From Cladosporium halotolerans (taxonomy: Eukaryota), in assembly GCF_011745625.1 (NCBI RefSeq), contig NW_027191475.1, positions 62,001-126,000 of the forward strand: a stretch of 64,000 nucleotides of DNA, written 5' to 3'. Positions 1-11,597 of the stretch are shown here, one piece after another; within the stretch, counting starts at the first letter, position 1; every line of letters starts with the position of its first letter. The notes below the pieces were generated by a model, which saw only the letters and a program-made list of their open reading frames with translations, was not told where the DNA came from and did no database searches. The position numbers and the translations under genes were made by a program.

Positions 1-1386
1 TCGCGCTTCATGTCAAAGTCCGTGTAGCCCGTGCAGATGACGGGGACCTTCATGTCGAGCAGCTTCGGCAGCGTCTGCTGCCACTCGTGCGAGCTGGCCG
101 GGTGACCGAGGCCCGGGTGGAAGCAGACGACAGCGTCGAAGTACGGGTCGAAGGGGCCGAAGTGTTGCGCCTCGTGCAGCGTGTGGAAGTAGTCGACGTA
201 GGTGCTGATTTTCATCTGGCCGCCCAGGCGGTCTTCGACGATCGCGCCGAAGGGGTTGGACGGCGTGCGCTCTGGCAGAGGGAATTCGTGGTCGCGGTTC
301 GCCATGCTCTCGGGGCCGATGAAGATGAGGTGGAAGGAGATGCGGGGGAAGAGGTGCGAGAGCTGCAGCCATACTTCGCGGGGGAGAGAAGATTCTGCGC
401 GAGCGCCGAGTATGAAGATGCGAACCGGTGGCGGGTTTGGTCGGAGACCCTTGACGGTAATATCGGCACCGGAGCGCGGGGGATGCAGGGTGTAGCGGAG
501 TGCTGGGAGCATGCATTAGTATCAGTTGGATGGAAGATGGGGCGCGCGTCGACTTACCACTCATAGACCTCAGGCCCTCTGACGTTAACCTTCCGCTTTT
601 TGAGATATTATACGGGCTCAATTCGTGCAGCACGCTGCCCACAGTGATAGGGTAGGTCAACAACCTTGTAACCTGTCTCATTGCCCTCTCGTCGTTGACA
701 GCATTGAACTCTCGCGAGTACATGAGGGTATCCCAGTTCGTCAAGTTGACTTGCGCCTCGTCCATTGTGGCCGCTGGATATTCGAATTCGGGAAAGAAGC
801 GCCCCGAGACCAGGTCGTGATCATCCTCGTTGATTTCCCTGAGCTGGTCGCAAATCTCAAGATGTGCTTCGTAGTCGTCGGCAAAATGCTCTTCGGAGCA
901 AGAAACAGGAATGCCACAGTCGGGGCATTCATAACGAACATGGGCCGGGGGGAGAGAGCCTGTCTTTCGCGATTCCAAGTCATTGGGGGAGGTTGGTGTG
1001 CGCGTCGCCTGGTGCTCTGGATGGGGACAGTATGCGTTCTGCTTCATGACAGCCGCCCTTTGGCGAATGGCTGGAGACGGCGAGTTGGAAAATGAGTGGA
1101 ATAGATTGTTCGGCTGCAGCATGACCTGGCTCCCGTCTCTTTGCTTGTCCGTAGTCCTCCCCCGAGGCGTCGAGTACGGCGGTGCCTCATTTGCGGGTTG
1201 GTGCAGCGAGTCTACGCCAGGAGCTGCGCTTTGCCGGGCAGAGTGGTGAATCTGGCGTTGCTTCGAAGATTGTACAGCGGCGGAAGATGCAAAAGTACGG
1301 CGATTCGCGGCATGCCGGGCGGCAGGACGGGCAGCAGGCACTGCGGCCATGCGCAGGCATCTTGTGCAGATGTTCTTGGACGCCAT
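1..1386 (-). CDS. MSS51: Mss51, mitochondrial COX1 translational activator (3' end runs off the window)
   Basis: Presequence-like MASKNICTRCLR start (alternative ATG at 1407); zf-Mss51-type YECPDCGIPVSCSEEH; intron 557..503 (GTAAGT, ACTAAT branch, CAG) rejoins to ALRYTLHPP...IFILGARAESSLP...FHPGLGHP. Confidence 0.92.
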
Positions 1387-2079
1387 AGCCGAGATTGTTG
1401 CTTGCATCCGACGCAGTCTCGCAATGGACGAGGCTCGTTGACGTCGATCGAAGCGTGGGAGGGCCCGAAGGAGATGGACAAGCCGGCGCCGGCTCGGCGA
1501 GCGATGATGGCTGGCCGCAGCTCCCCGCGTGTCGGTGGTTGCTGGCGGCCTCGCTAAGATTTGAGCGACTATCGACTTCAAGGGCGAGGATCCTTGTTGC
1601 TGCTGCTCCGCGCATTGCACCGCAACGTCTGTCGCTTCACTTACGCCGGGCGCGAACAGAAGGAAGAGCGATACTTCGGGAGGGGACACACGATTTTGCG
1701 CGCAACATACGGGCCCGGCGCGTACTTGAAGAAAGAGCGCGGGATAAACCACCAGGACACCGGACACGAGAAGGAACCGGCGTGCTTGCTTGGATCCACG
1801 ATTACAGGCTACGGGCTTCCAATTCTCACGCGGCCGGAAATCCACAGCTGTGCTGTCACTGTCGTTGCTTGAGCCGACTGCGACTTTGGGGTCCTGAGGC
1901 GCCGACTGAGTCTACGTCGCCGCCTGCGTTTTCCCTGCGAGCCACCGCCCACCGCCCACCACCCACCGGTCGCAACACCGACATCGTCTTCCTTCCGCCT
2001 CGCGGCCAGCCCAAAAAACACCGTCGACCATCCCTGAGCGCCACCCCGCAGGCACGAGCTCGTGCGAGCGCTTGCTAGA

Positions 2080-5000
2080 ATGGCTAATATCCATACTAGT
2101 CAAGTGTTCTACTCGCTCACCCTCGAGGCACCTTCTGCGCCTACGGCAGCATGTCTGTGCAACGTGATCCCTGAGCTCAGGACTACAGAGCCGCAGCTCT
2201 TCGAAGCGCGCGGCGACAAGGTCTATCTCAAACGCTTGGTGGTCACCGATCATGACTCGAAACTGGAGACTATACTGGAGCAAAATGTGTTCAGCATCGT
2301 GAGGGACGTCGGCTCCTTCAAGATTCCTGGTACCAAGGAAGGTATGTTTAGCTCTTGCTATTTCGCCCGATATGCATAACGATGGAGCGCTCGCGGGCAC
2401 CACGGCATTACAATGAGCCCCTGCCATTTGTTAGTGCCGTGGCAGCCATGCACATGTCAGCCTCGAGAAAATGGGGCCTCTTCCGGAATTCGAAGCTTGA
2501 TCGCACCGTTCTCTATTCATCACAATTCATGTGTCGCTAGCAAGGCCGGAGCGCAATCATTAACATATCGTCCCAGATTTTCTTACCATTTCTTCCGATT
2601 CCGGGAGAATGGTCATGCTTCGTTACGACATCGAGCGCAACCGCCTCGAAGAGATCCACCTCGAGACTTTTGGCAAGTCCGGTATTCGTCGAACAATTCC
2701 CGGCCAGTACCTGGCGGTAGATCCGCGAGGTCGCTGTTTGATGATGGCTTCGGTGGAGAAAAACAAGGTCTGCTACATCTTCCAGCGCCGCCCTAGCGGC
2801 GAGATCACAATATCCAGCCCACACGAAGCCAATCAGTCTAACCTGCTGTGTACCGACTTGTGCGCTCTCGATACTCACTGGTCACACCCGATGTTTGCTG
2901 CCATTGAAGTCGACTATGCTGCAGTCGAAAATGGCTCCTCATCGCACAGCATTTCCCAGAAGTCACTGAATTACTACACCGTTGATCTCGGTCTCAACCA
3001 CGTCGCCAAATCCTGGACTGCGCCTTGCGATCCGACTGCGAACAAAATCTTCACCGTTCCGGGTGGGACCGAGGGGCCTTCTGGTGCGCTCGTCTGTGCA
3101 GAGGGCCGATTGTACTACATGCACAAAGGGATGCAAGCGCCCCTTACCATCCCAATCCCTCAGCGCCAGGGTGCCTTAGAGACGGCACGCTCCCGATACA
3201 TCGTGTGCGGAAGCATGTTCTGCAACAAGAAGCGACAGTCGTTCTTTTTCCTGCTCCAGACAGACGACGGCGATGTCTTCAAGCTCACGTTAGAAATGAC
3301 TCGTGTCGCCAAAACCAAGTGGACGGTCGATTTCCTGCGCTTACGATACTTCGAAACCTTGCCCCTGGCCCGCTCCATGCTGATTATCCAAACCCCTGCA
3401 TTCCTCTACGTCCTTGCTGAAACTGGGCCCAGCATGTTGTACCACATAATGGGGCTGGCTGATGACGAAGATTTTGAGCCGTGGAATTCATTCGATTCAG
3501 CCACTTTTGCAGATCATCGACACAAACTCGAGCCGCTTTCGTTCAGGCCACGAGACCGGCTCAAATATTTGTCCCATGAACTTGAAATACCCGCCTTGCA
3601 CCCACTCATGCGAACCGACGTCGAGAACCTGACTGGAGAGGACACACCACAAATTTACGCCATTCAAGGCCGGGGTCACAACTCAGTATTCAAAACGATT
3701 CGCCACGGCGTTTCTGTCGAAGAAATCGTGGCCAGTCCATTGGGTAATGTTCCATACGATAAGATCTGGTCCATGAAACGGGCTGTCGACGATGAGTATC
3801 ATTACTACATCCTCCTCAGCAGCTCTTACACTGATCGCACCACGGTGCTGGGCATTGGCGATGAGGTGGAGACTTTGGAGGACACTTCCTTCCTCGCGAG
3901 CCGTGCGACCATCACTGCTGCGCAGATGGGTGAGGACTCACACGTCCAAGTCCACGCTCGGGGTGTCCGCACGATCAGCGGAAATGGTGCCGTTGCTGAA
4001 TGGCCATGTCCTACTCACTGCACCATCGCCGTTGCTGCTGCCAATCAGCGGCAGTTGATCCTTGGTTTGAGCTCTAACGAGTTGGCATTCTTCTTCATGG
4101 GAACGAATGGCGAGCTTAATGCGCTCGAGGACTTCCCAGAAATGAGTGATCGTATCACCGCTATCGGCATTGGCCCAACCCCGAAGGGTCAGCAGCAGGC
4201 GAAGTACGGAGTCGTTGGCTGCGAAGACAAGACTATCCGTGTGCTCTCTACCGACCTGGATAGCCCGCTAGAAGCTCGGAGCGTTCAAGCGCTTTCAGAC
4301 GTACCTACGAGCATCGAAGTCGTCGAGATGGTCGACCCCAAGTCTAACGGCTCCGTCACCTATGTTCACATTGGTCTCAAGTCCGGGCTCTACCTTCGCG
4401 CCATTATCGATGAAGCGACAGGCGAATTGTCCGACGTGCGCACCAAATTCCTTGGCCACAAGCCTGTCCGCATCTTCCCCATGGAGATTGAAGGTCAGCA
4501 ATGCGTGATTTGCTGTTCTTCACGGCCGTGGGTTGGCTTCAATCACCCCATTTCGAAACTCTACACAATGACGCCGCTGGTTACTGGGCCAATGACGGCA
4601 GCATCTTCATTCATCAGCGAACACATATCCGGCATATGTGGCATCGCAGACAGTGATCTTCGGTAAGTGCCTGCAATGTGACATACCGTTTGAATATCAA
4701 GCTAACATGCGCCTATAGCATCTTCAACCCGCCGAGATTGGGCGAGCGCTTCGTCCATGAGTCTGTGCAACTCGAAAATACGCCACGCAACTTCGTCCGC
4801 AACCCGTGGTTTCCTCTCTACTACGTCATTGAGAGCGACGGCAACACACTCAGCAAGGCGACGGAAAATGCCCTTCTTAGCGAAATGAGCGATAAGCAAC
4901 ATGCACTGCCGCAGATTGGCCAACCTTTCGCGCCTCATCATTGGGCATCGTGTGTGCAAGTCGTTGATCCAATCAACTCCAAAATCGAGTCCACCGTCTA

Positions 5001-6057
5001 TCTCGAGGACAACGAAACCGCCCTATGCTGCGCCTGTGTTGGGTTTGAAGCACGTGACTGGGAAGTGTATCTCCTGGTCGGCACCGGCCAAGACATGGAC
5101 GTCAGCGTAAAGGAGACCGGATACCAAGGTCGCGGCGGCGGCTTCTTGCATGTTTACAGGCTCATGGACGCAGGCACCCGCCTCGAGTTCCTGCACAAAA
5201 CGCGCTTTCCGGAGCCTATTCATGCCATCGCAGGCTTTCAAGGCCGTGTTGCCGTGGGCGTCGGCGCCGAACTGCTCATTTATGACATTGGCACCAAAGC
5301 CATGCTCCGCAAGACCCGTGGCGCCAAGGTCCCTAACAGGATCGTGACTATCAACACTATGGGAAACAGACTGGTTTGCGGAGATGTTGCAGAGTCGGTT
5401 TCTTACGTGGTCTACAAGCCCACAGCAAACCGCCTCATTGTTTTCTGCGACGACTTCATCCGTCGCTGGACTACCACCAACACCATGGTCGACTACGAGA
5501 CCACTGTTGGCGGCGACAAGTTCGGCAACATCTGGAGCGTGCGCTGTCCGGAAGAGGTATCCGCAGAGGCCGACGAGGATGGCATGGGCGGCTTCATTGT
5601 CAACGAGCGCTCGTTCCTCAACGGCGCCCCCTACCGTCTTGACGAAAAGGCCCACATCTTCGTCAACGACGTCCCTATGACCGTCAAGCGCACGCCCCTC
5701 GTCCCTGGTGGACAAGACGTCGTTTTCTGGTCCGGCATCAGCGGCACAATGGGCGCCATGATACCGTTCGTCGCACGCCAGGACGTCACCTTCTTCCATC
5801 TCCTGGAGATTTACATGCGCAACAGGAAGGAGCTTGAGCAGATCGATAAGTGCAACCCGCCGCTCACGGGCCGCGACCAACTCACTTATCGCGGATACTA
5901 CTCGCCCGTGCGGGGCTTCATCGACGGCGACTTCTGCGAACGCTTCTTGACGCTCCCGCCTGCGGCCAAGCAGTGGGTTGCGACTGAAATGGAGAATTGG
6001 GAGGTTCCAGAGATCGAGAAGAGGATTGTGGAGATGAGAACCAGAGCCGCTTTCTAA
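2080..6057 (+). CDS. RSE1: Pre-mRNA splicing factor Rse1/SF3B3 (U2 snRNP SF3b)
   Basis: Exons 2080-2341, 2577-4662, 4719-6057; motifs ETFGKSGIRRTIPGQYLAVDPRGR, GEDTPQIY, DKFGNIW, YRGYYSPVRGFIDGDFCERF. Confidence 0.96.
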
Positions 6058-6401
6058 GCCGGTTGCTTCTGGTGGAAAAAAAACTGCGGAACTTTGGATT
6101 TTGCTGTGTTGGGAAAGCGAAGGCCCTCACTTTCAGATTGTGTCGATGGCATGCCGATGGCGTTGTCTCACAGCTTTGGACGCTCTGAGGCCTTGAAAAT
6201 GTGCTTACGATACCCACCATGGAATGAACGGGAAATAATGCAAAAGTGTACAATAGCAACTCGACAAATCAAAGCCTATTCAGGCACGTGCGTATTGGCA
6301 TTGCAGTAATCGCGTGATATCATTGACTCAGCGTTGGCTCTACTGTTCGCTTCAGCTGTATTATCCACCAACCTCATGCAAGTCCCCATCATAAAGACTC
6401 C

Positions 6402-9197
6402 TCATCGCGCACTCCCCTTCAACCTCTCCTCTCCCAACCCAACACCCCTCCTCCGCCCCTCAACAATCGCATTCAAACACCTGCCCATCGCCTCCAAATC
6501 CCCCAGCAAAGTCACATGCCCCCTCTCACTACTCACCACCCCTCCCCTGACAACCCGGTACCCCTCCGGCACCATCGCCGCCTTCGCCAACACAACTCCA
6601 TCCCCGCTCGCGAACGCCAGCGCATCGTACGCGTCCGCGTGCTTAATCCCCTCGCGCCCACTTACCCTAGCACCGTACACCGTCGGCGTGTTGCGCCCGT
6701 ACACGACGGCTGTCGGCGGGTACGCGTTCGACGCCGTGTGCGGGGCGTGGTGCGCGAGCGCTTGCTTGAAGGTTTTGACGGACGCCAGCGTGCGGGTCAG
6801 GTATTCGAGGGCTTTTTCGCGCGGCAGCGTCACGGCCGTCGATATCGAGGGCGCCTGGCCCTGCTCCGGGTCGTCGGCTGAGGCGTCGATGTTGTTGTTC
6901 GCGGCTGTTTGGCTGCTGCCGCCTTGAGCGCGCATGTCGGTTGCGTCGGGCTCGGCGATGCCGCCGGCTTTGGTCGCTTTTGTCGGGTCGTTGGGGGCGT
7001 GGGCGTTGGAGGAGGTGCGGGGGCGGGAGGTGATGCTGTTTTTGCGGAGGCTGGGTAGGGCTTTGGCCATGGTCGACATGGAGCCGCTGAAGAAGCCTGT
7101 TGGTTCGGCGTGTCTCGTCAGAGGGGGCAGAGGGCGCGCGAGGCAGGGCGAGAAGCGGTTGTCGATCCAGGACTGGGGGTCGAAGAAGTCGACGGGGTAT
7201 TCTTCGCCGGTCTCTTTGTCGAAGAAGCAGCGGCCGTTGAGGGGAAGGAGGGCGAAGGATGTGCGGATGGTGAAGTTGACTTGCGCGGTGAGCACGCGGC
7301 TGCTGAGGAGCACGTCGTCGCCGTTGCGGAAGGGCCCCAGGATGTTGACGCAGGTTCGGGGAACGCCAGCGTATATTACGCCTGAGAAGAGGGAGGGTTG
7401 CTGGTTTACGGCGTGTCGGGTGATCAGACCGCCGAGAGAGTGGGCAACGACGATTGCGCCTCGTTTCTCTTTGGGGACACCGGGTTGGTTGCTGGGTAAT
7501 GTTGCGAGGAAGTCTTGAAGCTGCTTGCTCAAGAAGGTTGGGTGAAGTCGCCAGTCGTAGCCGTAATCGTGGACTCTGAGTTTGCCCGATCGCGCATTCT
7601 CGCAGTTCCGCAGCCGCTTGAAGAATCTCTTCGCAATGTCAACCGGGCCAATGTGCGTGAGCATTCCCCCTGGTATGACGTTATCCGCAACTCTCTCATC
7701 GTCTTCGGGCTCTATGCCAACCTCAAGGTCGACCTTGCGGATGTTAAGGCCCACTTTGACAGGAGCCCACAGTTGCCGATGGGGTGGCTGCGCTGACCTC
7801 AAGATCGACCCTCTGTAACCCCCTAGTATAACGATGTCGCCCTCTAGTTGCGAAAGCGCTTTGTGCATGTGCGGGTGAGTGAACTCAAATTTGTTGTCAT
7901 GAGCAGCGGCTCGGGCAGAGGTGTAGGGTTGCCGTGTGAAGGGATCAGTAGGTTTCTGGTGGTGGGAGTTGGAAAGATCAGCAGCACTCTGCGCACGCTG
8001 TCGCGTGCCATTTGTAACAGGTTTCCTTGTCACTGAGCCGGCTCGCTCACGCAGAAAATCTGGCTTAAGGCTTGACATCGAAGGCATGCTGGGCAGTTTG
8101 ACACTAGAATCTGCCCAACTGTCCTTGATGGCCTTCATCCTGTTATTCACTTGGGCAGAGACATCGGTGAATCTCGTGTCATCGCCTAATGAGGAGGCAC
8201 GAGACATGGTCCTCGCCGTAGTCAATGAGTCATCAGAAGCAGAGCGTCGGAGATATGTCTTTCTTGATCGCAAGCTTGCGAGCTCAGGGCGGGTCGGAAG
8301 GTCTCCCACTGTTCCATTGACCTCCTCGGGATCTGGAGGTGAGCTGACACGACGCAGATGTCGAGCATAACTGCTTGACCTTTCGCGCTTTGAGGAGGTT
8401 TCAGAGTCGGCGTGGTTGCTGCTTGTTCGGGAGGGCCATTGGAAAGACCCCGTTAAAAAGCTACCAGATCGGCTTGATCGCTTCAGTGCTCGACCTTCAG
8501 TGTCTGCCTCATTCGCACCGTCGTTGTTCGAGCTTGAGAAAGGGGTCATCGATGAGAAATTGGGCATCTTGGGGAGTGCGCTCCGCCAGCCGGACCCCGA
8601 TTCTGAATCTGATGATCCTCTCCTTCTATTGAATCGCAGGCCATCTCTGAGGAATTGCCTTGTTTGGTCTGACCGCTGAAATCTACGTGGGACTGCTCGC
8701 CATGGCGATGGCAGACGGGCATTCGTCTTCGCTGGTGACCGAGCTACCTTCCGGGCCTCCCTCGCCTCAGCAGCTTCAGCCTCCGCCCTTCTGTCTTCGG
8801 TGTCCTCCTTCAGCTCCTGTGGATTGGCTTCAAAGACTGGCTGCTGAGCTCCCGCCTCAGCATGAGCCGCTTCTGTCGAGATGTTCGCGCTGTCATCTGC
8901 AGGCTCTCTTTCCGCGTCCTCAACTCCATCTCCAAAAAATCCTCCCGCCTCTTCGATAGCAGCCGCTCTCTCCAAGGCCGGAGTCTGCGGTGAAGTCAGG
9001 CGCGAATGCTGCGGTCCAAAGCTCACGTCCAGCACCCTTCTCGCATCTTTCGAAGGAACCCCTTCAACATCCGACAGGTCATCTCCAGAGGACGTGTTGC
9101 TGGTGTCGTAGATCAGGTTGTTGTAGCCGATGTCCTTGAGGGCCCGCGGTTGACGCTGCGGGGCAGCGAACGTGAGTCCGTCATCTTCGTTCGTCAT
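6402..9197 (-). CDS. Alpha/beta-hydrolase (LCAT/lipase-like, yeast YJR098C-like) with long disordered N-terminus, 931 aa
   Basis: Single long ORF; DIVILGGYRGSILR, YGYDWRL, nucleophile-elbow IVVAHSLGG, GDGVV and terminal RGHVTLLGD. Confidence 0.75.
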   Translation of the reverse strand: MTNEDDGLTFAAPQRQPRALKDIGYNNLIYDTSNTSSGDDLSDVEGVPSKDARRVLDVSFGPQHSRLTSPQTPALERAAAIEEAGGFFGDGVEDAEREPADDSANISTEAAHAEAGAQQPVFEANPQELKEDTEDRRAEAEAAEAREARKVARSPAKTNARLPSPWRAVPRRFQRSDQTRQFLRDGLRFNRRRGSSDSESGSGWRSALPKMPNFSSMTPFSSSNNDGANEADTEGRALKRSSRSGSFLTGSFQWPSRTSSNHADSETSSKRERSSSYARHLRRVSSPPDPEEVNGTVGDLPTRPELASLRSRKTYLRRSASDDSLTTARTMSRASSLGDDTRFTDVSAQVNNRMKAIKDSWADSSVKLPSMPSMSSLKPDFLRERAGSVTRKPVTNGTRQRAQSAADLSNSHHQKPTDPFTRQPYTSARAAAHDNKFEFTHPHMHKALSQLEGDIVILGGYRGSILRSAQPPHRQLWAPVKVGLNIRKVDLEVGIEPEDDERVADNVIPGGMLTHIGPVDIAKRFFKRLRNCENARSGKLRVHDYGYDWRLHPTFLSKQLQDFLATLPSNQPGVPKEKRGAIVVAHSLGGLITRHAVNQQPSLFSGVIYAGVPRTCVNILGPFRNGDDVLLSSRVLTAQVNFTIRTSFALLPLNGRCFFDKETGEEYPVDFFDPQSWIDNRFSPCLARPLPPLTRHAEPTGFFSGSMSTMAKALPSLRKNSITSRPRTSSNAHAPNDPTKATKAGGIAEPDATDMRAQGGSSQTAANNNIDASADDPEQGQAPSISTAVTLPREKALEYLTRTLASVKTFKQALAHHAPHTASNAYPPTAVVYGRNTPTVYGARVSGREGIKHADAYDALAFASGDGVVLAKAAMVPEGYRVVRGGVVSSERGHVTLLGDLEAMGRCLNAIVEGRRRGVGLGEERLKGSAR

Positions 9198-11597
9198 GTC
9201 AGCTTCTCGAGTAGCGATAATGCATGAGGGTGTAGAGAGAGCGCGCAGGTAGCGGATAGAGAAGACAAGGCGATAAGAGACAACGTTGTTTTGAGCAGAG
9301 GCCGCCGATCAATTTCACTAAACTCCGTGAAACCGATCCTGCCGGCCATACACGCTTCACGCGAACCCACCGTATTCCATACTGAGGAGGCGCAGCAGCA
9401 AGCAGGCCAGTGACAGATGCCAGCCGGGCGTTCCGTAGTGCGGGCAGCATCGTTAGGGCGTTTGGCTGGACTCGGACTCGGGACACATAGCGAGGGCGGC
9501 GTGAGCGGCGTGAAAACATGCGGATCTCTATGTCATCATTGACCAGCGCCCATTGGCCGTTACACCATGCGGACAGCTGCAGCGGAACCCTAATTAAGCC
9601 TCAAAATGGAGAAGTCTATCCGCGCTGCCGGGCACTCCGCTCATGCTTATGAATGCGTGTGCATCCCCCTTTCTCTTCCTGTGCTGTGCTGTGCCAGCTT
9701 GTGAAGACAAATTCACCATGCGGACAGGCAACAAAGCAAACATGGAAACACCAGACGTCAACGAAATCTCTCTCTTCTCTTTGCTCACCGATGCTCCATT
9801 TTCTGCGTGGCCGGCGGCATTTTCCCGGCCTGGATTCTCGCGTACGGCAGGGCACAGGCTTCCTTTGAACGCCGGACCGAACTTCAGTCTCCCGTTGCTT
9901 CAGGCAGTGGAGTCTGTGTGAGCCAGTATCTCTGCATTCGACGAGGTCCTCGCCGTTAGGCAGCCTTGTGGCTTACCAATCTGGGCGACGTGCCCTCCGT
10001 CAAGGTGAGGTACCGTGCCCTGTGCTGATTGTGAAATACGCCCCTGCGAAATGCCTCAGCGGGTTGCTCCAACGATTCTAGTGTCCTCTGCAATTTTGCC
10101 GCTGTGAAAGGCTGCTCCAGAAGTGTGGCTAGCGAGGTGTGTCATGTTCCCTCCTGCAGTATCCCCCTACATCGTCTGTCAGCCAGAGAGTTGCCCCAGA
10201 CCAAATCGTATGTTGATGATGTGCCAGAATTGATATCTGCCTTGGAGAAAGTGCCGCTTCTCTGACGGTTACGGACCATTGCCTTCAGACGTCCCACTCA
10301 CGTACCCTGTGTACTGTTTCGACTGCTCTATCCGCAATAGAACCCAGGGGGGCTGTCCTTCTCTTTGCTGGGTCTTTTCAAGGGTCCCTTGCTGAGTCAC
10401 GATGTGTTCTGTCGTCAGGGCGCTCTAGTGGACAACTGTTGTAATGTCGAGTAGTGGAGCTTCAAATGGTGAAGGCGTTCTACATTTGTTCTCAGTCTTC
10501 TCGCATTTCTCGCCCTCATGTCGCCAGGTGGGCAGAGTAGTTGACGGACACTCGCGGCTGTGAGGTCAGGGGAGTGATGTCTGCGTCAATGACACGAAAG
10601 CGATCCATGAGCCATAGGTCGGAACCCAGTCGCAGTCAGTATGACTGGCCTTTACGGCCCTCCCTGCGAATTTTTTTCCCACCCGCGACGTAATGCCACG
10701 ATGATTTTGCGTTATAGCTGACGATTACAGGCCCGAATATCAGCACAACCTCCCAGACATGCTCTCAGTCGGCTCTCTTCACGGCATCTTGGCGTCCTTG
10801 ACCTTGCTTTTCCTGTGGATTCCTGGCCTTCCTCCGCGATCAGCCTTATTTCGCTATCCAAGCTTCGGTGCTCCAGAGAAAGAAGAAGAAGATTGGACCA
10901 TTTACCATGAGAGGGCGCAGGCAGCCATACCCACTCCATGGGGACCAGTAATGAAATATTGAGGCTGCTCGGTGTTTCGACTGACGAACTGACGTCGCTG
11001 AATTCATCGATCCTACCGTCTAGTCCAGATTGTCAGATTCTTGACGCGAACTGGTGCGAGTGCCCTGCGAGCAGTCTTGAAGGGCATCGCTGTCCATCTC
11101 TCTCACGATCGACTTCGGGAATATCAAGGTAAACGATGATACTGCCTGGTTGACCTCAATCGTTAGGCATCCGACAGACTTCACGAGGAAGTGGAGCGCG
11201 TCTCGTACGAAAGGTAATGATACTGGTCGCACTGCAGTTAGAGGCGTGATTCTGAGTCGCGGCGTAGCAGCGCAGCCCGCTCGCGCGCGGTGCAGTAGGG
11301 CACGCAGAGGCGCGATGCGGTCGCGTTGATGCGAATACGGCGCTGGCACGATAAATTGACACGTCAGGTTGGTCTTGGCCACCTCCTTGTTATACTAGCA
11401 AGTATCTTGGCCCCTTGACCGCACCATTTGCATGTTAATGCGTGTGTAGAGGCGGCCTTGTGTGCGTTCACTAACAAGCAGACCACCCACAACGCCAGCC
11501 CCCTATTTCAGGCTTCGCCGCATCGCGAATTTCCTTCCTCTCGACAACAATCACCAACCACCCCTCCTCGGAAGATCTCCAGGAGACCCGCGACACC

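Noticed and set aside
1387..1845. N-terminal extensions in the ORF track (MSS51 610 aa; also SGF29, MRPS9, SWC5, CBM48 gene)
   Set aside because: They begin at GTG/TTG or run through UTR or promoter sequence; downstream ATGs match the family N-termini
2450..2533. Antisense C/D-like boxes (GTGATGA...CTGA with CACATG/CATGTG flanks) in RSE1 intron 1
   Set aside because: Wrong strand for an intronic snoRNA, poor k-turn spacing, and no rRNA guide I can recognise
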